This document shows positions 57,258 through 64,000 of a stretch of 64,000 bases of DNA, piece after piece (position 1 is the stretch's first letter; each line of letters opens with the position of its first letter). Source of the DNA: an uncultured virus (IMG/VR IMGVR_UViG_3300020358_000003) (Duplodnaviria > Heunggongvirae > Uroviricota > Caudoviricetes); the IMG/VR virus record IMGVR_UViG_3300020358_000003; one strand, 5' to 3'. The position numbers were made by a program, and so were the translations under genes. The notes under the pieces are model-generated. The model had not been told where the DNA came from, ran no database searches, and saw only the letters and a program-made list of their open reading frames with translations.

Positions 57258-58097
57258 ATGGCGATATCAGACCCTATTACAGAAAATCCTGTAATTACAA
57301 AATACAGACAGTTTGTGACTGATAAAATTAATAGTGCTATCGTGTTTGGTGATGATAATGTACCAGACGCATCTGTTGCCAGTTATTTTCATGGCACTAG
57401 AAGTGGTGTGACCACTAGTCCTGATTTAATAGATGGGCCTATAACAGCATCAAATATTTTTGCTGTTCTATTGAAGGATGTTAACAAATATACTAGAATT
57501 AGAAAATTTAATGCTACAAGAACGGTAACAGGTATTCCAGGTGGCAACACACCAATCCCAACACGCAATAGTTCTTCTACTGCAAATGCAGATGCTGAAA
57601 AAAACTTTGCGTGTGAATGGCAATCTGCTTTAGATGATGAAATTGCCTCGCGAAGTTTTAGGGGAAATACGCCCACATTTGGTGACCATATTTCAGCGTT
57701 CTTCACAAAATATAATACCTATGGAATTGGTGGAAAGCCTACTACAAAGCAAGAAGCAAGAGACCTACAACCTGCTGCTCAAAGTGCATGTGTTGCAGCA
57801 ACTCAAAAATATGGCGTAAGTCTGAGAACTGGTGCTAAAATCAATACACCTTTAAATGTTAGTGGAGTCGGTATTCTAACAGCAAAACATAGTTTTTTTA
57901 TTGATTCTAGTGATGTTGATCATTCAATGATTGTAGCAGGAGATTTAATTGATGATGCTGATATGGAGTCATTATTCAATAACCTATATCAAGCATGGAA
58001 AAGTGTTGCATTAGACGGTACGGTAACAGGATATAGCGAGTCTGTGTGTCATTCCAATTGCCACTCTAATTGTCACTCATCAAGGAATAGGAGATAA
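57258..58097 (+). CDS. putative rSAM substrate protein with a C-terminal (CHSx)3 repeat
   Basis: AGGAG RBS; ends VCHSNCHSNCHSSRNRR; flanked by rSAM genes. Confidence 0.75.
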   Translation: MAISDPITENPVITKYRQFVTDKINSAIVFGDDNVPDASVASYFHGTRSGVTTSPDLIDGPITASNIFAVLLKDVNKYTRIRKFNATRTVTGIPGGNTPIPTRNSSSTANADAEKNFACEWQSALDDEIASRSFRGNTPTFGDHISAFFTKYNTYGIGGKPTTKQEARDLQPAAQSACVAATQKYGVSLRTGAKINTPLNVSGVGILTAKHSFFIDSSDVDHSMIVAGDLIDDADMESLFNNLYQAWKSVALDGTVTGYSESVCHSNCHSNCHSSRNRR

Positions 58098-58104
58098 ATT
58101 TATT

Positions 58105-58758
58105 ATGAATAATTATGTTACAGTGACTGCCCCTCTAGGTATTGATGACTTGCAGAAATATTTTTCTGATGACAGCATTAATTTTATTATTGATTATGAA
58201 AATAGTGAGTTACAAGGTGAGAAATTGCTTGTCTATTTAAGCAACTTAGAATTACCTTGTGATATTAAAGTTGAAAGAAATGATTTAGAAACCCTTGCAA
58301 AAATTTATCTCCAGTTTCCGCAAATATTAAATATTAAAGTTTTAGAAGAATTTATTATTAAGGTTCTTTTGGTAAGAAAAAAACTATCTTTAGAATCTTT
58401 AGATTACTATCAAGATTTCATTGATGATAATGAAGAAGTGATTGATACTTGGATTAAAAAGTTGGACTCATTGACACTTTATAATATGTATATTATCCAA
58501 GATGATGAAATGAAAGATTGGGTACTATCCCATAAAGAAGATGATACTGATGATATAAAAGGTATAAATTTTGTATCTGTATTAAAACATGAAGATTTTT
58601 ATTACTACTACAATGGTTTAGATGAAAAAAACTTGACCTATTATTCAAAATATTTTAATGAATATATGTTTAATGGGAAAGGTTTATTCGATTATTGGTC
58701 CTATGAAAAAAATCCAATTTTCCTATTAACTTGGGGAGTTGGTGCAGGAGAAGTTTAA
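58105..58758 (+). CDS. hypothetical protein of the rSAM cluster
   Basis: Acidic 217-aa ORF; AGGAG RBS. Confidence 0.75.
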   Translation: MNNYVTVTAPLGIDDLQKYFSDDSINFIIDYENSELQGEKLLVYLSNLELPCDIKVERNDLETLAKIYLQFPQILNIKVLEEFIIKVLLVRKKLSLESLDYYQDFIDDNEEVIDTWIKKLDSLTLYNMYIIQDDEMKDWVLSHKEDDTDDIKGINFVSVLKHEDFYYYYNGLDEKNLTYYSKYFNEYMFNGKGLFDYWSYEKNPIFLLTWGVGAGEV

Positions 58759-59799
58759 TTGGATTTAGTAGATTTTATTTTAAGAGATAAAAGAGATAAG
58801 CAGCAAGAATACACAATTCATTTATTTGAATTTTGTAATCTGTCTTGTCCATTTTGCTGGCAAGACCATGACAACATTGTGGGTATTGATACTGTATTGG
58901 ACAAGTTGGAATCAATAGAAAAGTTTTTTCAAAAAGAGATGAGGAAACATGTAGTTTTAAACATCATGGGTGGTGAGATATTCGCTGATGAAATTTTTGA
59001 TGAAAAATTGAAGAACGACTATATTGCTCTTGCCCAAGGAATAGTAGACTTAGGAAAAAAATATAAGTTTGAGAGTATAGGAATTAATTGGGTCACTAAC
59101 CTAGTAATTAGTAAAAGAGACTATGTGCGAGATATATTGAAGGCGTGTAGAGATATGGGCTGTAACTCAAAACTCGTAACTTCATATGATCCTAGAGGTA
59201 GATTCAATAAACCAAACTTAGAAATTTTCAAAGAAAATGTATATGATTTCTGGGATGATCTTGAAGGAATTGGTGTTCTTTTAACCAAGTCTAATATTAA
59301 ATATTGGTTGACTGATCCTAAAGATTTTATGCACGAATTATATCATAAGGGCGTAAAGGTTTATGCTGATTATTACATGCCTGATTGTCAAGCAGAACGA
59401 AGTATGCCAACAGACAAAGAACATTATGATATTTTCACGCATTTTATAGATAAGTATCCTAAAATTGAGCCTATTCGTTCTTGGATAGAAAATGAGCGTA
59501 ATGTTGTTTCATGCAGATCATCTAAATTAGTTCTTGAGGATGGAACCATGTGTTTGTGTGGAAATCTTGTTCAAGAGCCAAGAGATAAAGCGATGTACAA
59601 AACAGACATACAGAAGGCTAATAACAAACCTATTGAAAAGGCTTTCCTTGAAAAGTATAATTGCTCTACTTGTGAATATTTTCATAGATGTACTCTTGGG
59701 TGTTTCATGGCACATGATTATAAATATGCAGAAGAGGTTTTTGATGAATGTGTCTATAAAATGACACATAGATACATTGAAAATAAAGGATTAAGATGA
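58759..59799 (+). CDS. radical SAM protein with a SPASM-like C-terminus
   Basis: CNLSCPFC, MGGE, C...DG..CLC, CSTC....RCTLGC...C; TTG start after AGGAG. Confidence 0.88.
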   Translation: MDLVDFILRDKRDKQQEYTIHLFEFCNLSCPFCWQDHDNIVGIDTVLDKLESIEKFFQKEMRKHVVLNIMGGEIFADEIFDEKLKNDYIALAQGIVDLGKKYKFESIGINWVTNLVISKRDYVRDILKACRDMGCNSKLVTSYDPRGRFNKPNLEIFKENVYDFWDDLEGIGVLLTKSNIKYWLTDPKDFMHELYHKGVKVYADYYMPDCQAERSMPTDKEHYDIFTHFIDKYPKIEPIRSWIENERNVVSCRSSKLVLEDGTMCLCGNLVQEPRDKAMYKTDIQKANNKPIEKAFLEKYNCSTCEYFHRCTLGCFMAHDYKYAEEVFDECVYKMTHRYIENKGLR

Positions 59800-59800
59800 G

Positions 59801-60436
59801 ATGTTTTTTTATAAAAATGGCGATAAATCTCCAATTAGCCAATCCTTTATAAATAGATTTCCAACAAGAAAAAGATTAACTAATCCAATTAAAGAAATTG
59901 ATATAGAGTATAATGTATGCCATACAGTATTTGATTATTTAGTTGATACTAAATTACCACCATGCATTCATTTTTTAGATAATTTTTTGAAAAGTGAAGT
60001 GTATGTGTTTAGTGTTCCACTATCAAGTAATTTATTATCTAAAGTTAATAGTAAATCTATGATGGAAGATTATACTACTCAATTTACTGGATCACCCAAA
60101 ACAGTAGTAAATAATGATTATGAGTTAGGATGGATTGGCATAGAGAAAACTAAAAATTATACAATAATGTCAAATATTCAAATAAATGGAATTTATAGAG
60201 ATTGCTTAACCAGAAGGCAAGAAATAGATTTTTATAAAACTATGATCAAGTTTTGTAAAGGTGAAATATTGAATATGCCAATTTATGTGCCTACAGCCGA
60301 AACACTATACACACAAATGAAAAAAAATCCTGCACATCCTGATAGTGCTATAATGGAAACACCTTACACATCTAAGGTTTTAAAGGGGTTCACAAAGATA
60401 CAATTTATGAACATGGAGTTTTATAAAAATGATTAA
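59801..60436 (+). CDS. hypothetical protein
   Basis: 211-aa ORF coupled to both neighbours. Confidence 0.65.
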   Translation: MFFYKNGDKSPISQSFINRFPTRKRLTNPIKEIDIEYNVCHTVFDYLVDTKLPPCIHFLDNFLKSEVYVFSVPLSSNLLSKVNSKSMMEDYTTQFTGSPKTVVNNDYELGWIGIEKTKNYTIMSNIQINGIYRDCLTRRQEIDFYKTMIKFCKGEILNMPIYVPTAETLYTQMKKNPAHPDSAIMETPYTSKVLKGFTKIQFMNMEFYKND

Positions 60437-62096
60437 CGTAGGTTATGTGAATCCAACAGGAATACCCTCAAGAGCAGAATTTAACTATCATTGGATGCTT
60501 TTTAAATGTTTTTATGAAGATTATGGAAAATATCCAGAAAAAGTTACTTGGGTGGAGCCAATATTCAAATGGAATGAAGTTACAATACAAGATTGTTTGG
60601 ATAATGTTAAAGGGTGTTCCATTGTATTTTTTACCAACTATGTTTGGAATTATAAAATTAACCAAAGGATACGAAATGGTCTTGATCCAGATACCATAGT
60701 AGTTATGGGTGGTCCTCAACAAGACCCTGATATAATAAAAGATTATGACTATGTTGCAGACCCTCTTGCTCCAGGAGAAATATTTGTACAATACTTTCTT
60801 GATATGTATCTAGAGGATTCTGTTGATAAGAAAAAGATTCCATTTTATTTGGGTAGTTCTTTAAAAATTCCTCTTCCATTTGGACATACGAATGTATATA
60901 AGAGATGTGAAGATTATTTTACCAAAGAATATGAACACTTCATAAAAAATATAGACCTATATGAGCGAATAACATTGATATATGAAAGCACTAGAGGATG
61001 CCCATTTAAGTGTTCTTATTGCGAGTGGGGTGGTGGTACTGGAACAAAAGTTCTAAAAAAACCTATGGCTGTGATAAAGGATGAAATGGAATTTATAGGG
61101 CGGTTCAAGGGTGTGCATATTGATTTGTGTGATGCTAATACAGGAATGTTTAAAGAACGTGACCGAGAAATGATGATGCATATGGTGGATAATGGAGTTC
61201 AAATTGGTGAAAATCTATCAGTATTAAAAACTTTAAAATTGGAACAGAAAAAAGAAATGCTTGATTTTATGATTGAGCATGACATTACTCGCCAAGTCAT
61301 CAGTATTAGTTTACAGTCTATTTCAGAAGAAGCGAGAAGAATAGCAAATAGGAGAGACCTTAATGTTGAAGAAACCTATGAATTGGTGGATCATTTAACT
61401 AGTAAATGGAATAATTTTAAAGAAAAGGAATTATGGTTAGATTTAGAATTAATTTTAGCGATGCCAGGGTCTACATTAAAAGATTTTTACGAAGAATTTA
61501 AGGTATATTATAGAGTTGGATATAATGAAGGAAAAGATTGGGAAGAATGGAAAGGTCTTGATGTATGGGCAGACACTAGATATCCCTACATGGTTTTACC
61601 AGCAACTGAGGCCGCTAGTAAAGAATATCAAGAAAAATATAAAATAAAAACCTCAAAGGTATTGACACAATTTGATGGCAACTATAGTGGAAAATGGGAT
61701 AATGTTGAAGTAAATCCAATATATGGTGATGTGGCGTATGAATATGATACTATAGTTGAATGTTTTTCATATACGTTTGAAGAATATTTAGAAATGTTTA
61801 TAATGAATTTATTCACGCCACATGTAGGTTTAAGTTTTATAAAAGAGTACACCACTTATGAAAACGTGGCTGAAGTGGCAAAAGAGTTATGGAATATATT
61901 GAATGATATACCAATGTTTTTTGTTTACAAAGAACTGATAAGAAATATATTTCTTGATAATAATTCTCATAGTATAGATAAGTTTGATGTTGGACACTTT
62001 AAGGATAAAGATATTGTTAATGAGATGAAAATATTACTAGAAAAAAATGAAGAAATGATAAAGGAAAGATTAGATGAATTCTGTAGAAATTTATGA
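60429..62096 (+). CDS. radical SAM protein with a B12-binding-like N-terminal domain
   Basis: YVWN...VVMGGPQ, YESTRGCPFKCSYCEWG, DAN.G, SLQS, ELIL.MPG.T. Confidence 0.85.
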   Translation: MINVGYVNPTGIPSRAEFNYHWMLFKCFYEDYGKYPEKVTWVEPIFKWNEVTIQDCLDNVKGCSIVFFTNYVWNYKINQRIRNGLDPDTIVVMGGPQQDPDIIKDYDYVADPLAPGEIFVQYFLDMYLEDSVDKKKIPFYLGSSLKIPLPFGHTNVYKRCEDYFTKEYEHFIKNIDLYERITLIYESTRGCPFKCSYCEWGGGTGTKVLKKPMAVIKDEMEFIGRFKGVHIDLCDANTGMFKERDREMMMHMVDNGVQIGENLSVLKTLKLEQKKEMLDFMIEHDITRQVISISLQSISEEARRIANRRDLNVEETYELVDHLTSKWNNFKEKELWLDLELILAMPGSTLKDFYEEFKVYYRVGYNEGKDWEEWKGLDVWADTRYPYMVLPATEAASKEYQEKYKIKTSKVLTQFDGNYSGKWDNVEVNPIYGDVAYEYDTIVECFSYTFEEYLEMFIMNLFTPHVGLSFIKEYTTYENVAEVAKELWNILNDIPMFFVYKELIRNIFLDNNSHSIDKFDVGHFKDKDIVNEMKILLEKNEEMIKERLDEFCRNL

Positions 62097-62604
62097 CGAT
62101 TTTTTAAGCCAAGAAGAACTCAACAAGATAAAACATAAGTTTTCTTTTGATAAATCAGCAATGGATGATCTGCCAAGATTTAATATGCAAAAAAATATGG
62201 CAATAAATATTAAAAATCATATGGATGATTTTCCAAATTTAAATAAGGCAAAAACTATTGCGTTATGTAAAGATTCAAATATAAGTAAAATTGCTATATC
62301 ACATTTAATTAAGATCGTCAAGTATGAAGAAGATAATAATGAAAATATGATTTGGGAACCACATCATGATGGAACAGAGTCTAAAATTATTACTTTATTT
62401 TTTATAGATATAGATAATAGTGGTTGGCAAGGTGGTGAGTTAGATATTTATGATTCTCTTGATATTTTTCAATATCCAAAAAATAAAACTAGAATAGAGC
62501 CGAAAGTAGGTAGATTAGTAGTTTTTAATAGTTCTATGGTGCATTGTATTAGACCCTATTTCGGAGATAAACCAAGAATGACTGTAAGTGTGGGTTGGGA
62601 GTAA
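62074..62604 (+). CDS. 2OG-Fe(II) oxygenase (prolyl hydroxylase-like)
   Basis: PHHD, W.GGEL, P..GRLVVF...HC.RP...R. Confidence 0.85.
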   Translation: MNSVEIYDDFLSQEELNKIKHKFSFDKSAMDDLPRFNMQKNMAINIKNHMDDFPNLNKAKTIALCKDSNISKIAISHLIKIVKYEEDNNENMIWEPHHDGTESKIITLFFIDIDNSGWQGGELDIYDSLDIFQYPKNKTRIEPKVGRLVVFNSSMVHCIRPYFGDKPRMTVSVGWE

Positions 62605-62605
62605 A

Positions 62606-63160
62606 ATGAATATTGATAAAAATTCTGGATGCTTTATTGAGAATAATCCTAATATGTTTATTTATCTACAAGACACGTTGCCAAAATTAAGATGGTTGCA
62701 TATAAAAAGAAGTGATTCAAAAAAGTCTGATAGATGGCAAAGTGTAGCATGGAATTATTATTTTCACTCTATGAAAAGTAAGATGTTAAAAACTGCTGAT
62801 TTACTTTGCGAAACCTATTTACCGTTAGAAACGGAAAAGAACTTAGATTATTATACTATGTGGAATGGTACGGATACAGGTTCGTGTGAATGGCATCATG
62901 ATACTGAGGGTGGAAATTTACAATTTAATTTATATTTTACAGACTTACCACCTAATAATGGTGGTGAGATAATGTATAGAAATATGCAACAAAATAAAAG
63001 AATAACTGCATTTCATTCACCTAAAAAATATGATATAGTGATGGGAAGTGTTGGTGATGATTTAAAGTTTCAACATAGAGTTGAGCATACAAAAGAATTG
63101 AAACAAGAAAGAATAACAATGCTTTTTAGGTTTAAAGTGAAGAATTCACCATGGACCTAA
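62606..63160 (+). CDS. 2OG-Fe(II) oxygenase
   Basis: WHHD, LYFTD, GGE, F.HRV...R. Confidence 0.8.
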   Translation: MNIDKNSGCFIENNPNMFIYLQDTLPKLRWLHIKRSDSKKSDRWQSVAWNYYFHSMKSKMLKTADLLCETYLPLETEKNLDYYTMWNGTDTGSCEWHHDTEGGNLQFNLYFTDLPPNNGGEIMYRNMQQNKRITAFHSPKKYDIVMGSVGDDLKFQHRVEHTKELKQERITMLFRFKVKNSPWT

Positions 63161-64000
63161 TCATTAAACCAACAGAACTATGCAATTTTAAATGCTCTTT
63201 CTGTTCTTCTTCTAAAATTACTCAAGAGGATAACACTGCCGTACTTGATTTGAATAAGATATTTAAATTTCTTAAAAGATTTCCTGAAACGCAAACTATC
63301 ATCGTAAATGGTGGTGATCCTTTAATGATGAGGCCAAATTACTATTGGAAGTTAATAGAGTTTTTAGATAAGCATGACATGCCAGCGACGATATCTCTTA
63401 CAACTAATTTGTATCCTTTTTTAATGAAACCAAAAAAATGGGTAGAACTCTTTAATCATAATAGAATTGGTGTTGGAACTTCATTTCAATATGGTGGTGG
63501 TAGGCTCAAGGGAGATTACAGTGAATTTACAGAAGAAGATTTTTGGAAATGTTCTGATGCGATGCTTGAGCATGTAGGCTATAGACCATCATTTATTGCA
63601 GTGATTGTGGATGAAAATGAAGATACTGTAATACAGACTGTAGAACTTGCTAAGAAGATGGATGTTGTTTGTAAGGTGAATTATGCTATGGCATCTGGTT
63701 CTCAATCTGCGCCATATAGACTTTCAAAAATATACGAAAGATATATTCAAATTTGGAAAGCAGGTTTAAGTGATTGGGAACATAACACTCAACAAATGTT
63801 AAATAGGTTGAGAAAAAAGCCAACCATATGCCCTCAGTCCAGAAACTGCGATAGTGGTATTCGTAATATCCAACCAGAAGGTGATTACTATTCTTGCGGT
63901 TCTTTCGGTGATGATTTTGACAAACCAATAGATTTTGAATATGAAATGAATGGGGGTTTTGAAACACCTCTCAGTAATGATTTGAGTTTAATGAGTCTTA
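63151..64000 (+). CDS. radical SAM/SPASM protein, truncated by the window end (not in the ORF track)
   Basis: MDLIIKPTELCNFKCSFC, NGGDP, TTNL, CPQSRNC...PEGDYYSCG. Confidence 0.88.
   Translation, partial: MDLIIKPTELCNFKCSFCSSSKITQEDNTAVLDLNKIFKFLKRFPETQTIIVNGGDPLMMRPNYYWKLIEFLDKHDMPATISLTTNLYPFLMKPKKWVELFNHNRIGVGTSFQYGGGRLKGDYSEFTEEDFWKCSDAMLEHVGYRPSFIAVIVDENEDTVIQTVELAKKMDVVCKVNYAMASGSQSAPYRLSKIYERYIQIWKAGLSDWEHNTQQMLNRLRKKPTICPQSRNCDSGIRNIQPEGDYYSCGSFGDDFDKPIDFEYEMNGGFETPLSNDLSLMSL

Noticed and set aside
37839..57706. Minus-strand ORFs of 60-160 aa inside structural genes, and similar shadows elsewhere (e.g. 31842, 33947, 63686)
   Set aside because: They are antisense shadows of well-supported genes, with no RBS or recognisable motifs.
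59848..59855. TATAAATA inside ORF 59801 as a late promoter
   Set aside because: It is about 570 nt from the next start, and chance occurrence is likely in AT-rich coding DNA.
55732..64000. The rSAM cluster as a queuosine/7-deazaguanine DNA modification or anaerobic RNR activase locus
   Set aside because: No folE, queC, queD, dpdA or nrdD is present in the window, and the enzymes carry SPASM-type or B12-type domains unlike QueE/NrdG. Genes beyond the window edge are unseen.

Overview
A 64-kb AT-rich segment of a T4-like myovirus genome. Gene content and promoter motifs point to a marine alphaproteobacterial host, which is an inference. From left to right: (1) 0.9-13.1 kb, a glycan-modification and auxiliary island with three GT25-like and several other glycosyltransferases, a sulfotransferase, a methyltransferase, UDP-glucose dehydrogenase, a UDP-glucuronate epimerase, a BMP-family binding protein, ClpP, a catalytic-domain-only AsnRS-like protein with an adjacent atypical tRNA, and an IPNS-like dioxygenase. 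(2) 13.2-30.5 kb, many small early ORFs behind repeated sigma70 promoters that share a GAGAATC leader, three ordinary tRNAs, a structured RNA candidate, IscA/HesB, GMP reductase and gp33. (3) gp32, then a minus-strand block (gp4, gp2, tube-like protein, gp26, gp51, tape measure) and a plus-strand baseplate block (gp48, gp53, hub, three-part gp5, gp25, gp6, gp7-like, gp8, split VrlC-like protein, tail fibre). (4) 55.7-64 kb, a cluster of at least four radical SAM enzymes and three Fe/2OG or JmjC-type oxygenases around a protein ending in CHSNCHSNCHSSRNRR. The strongest candidates for undescribed biology are this RiPP-like modification cluster, the minimal AsnRS-like enzyme paired with a long-variable-arm tRNA-Asn, and a probable -1 frameshift joining gp26 and gp51. 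All calls come from motifs and synteny read by eye; no database search was run.
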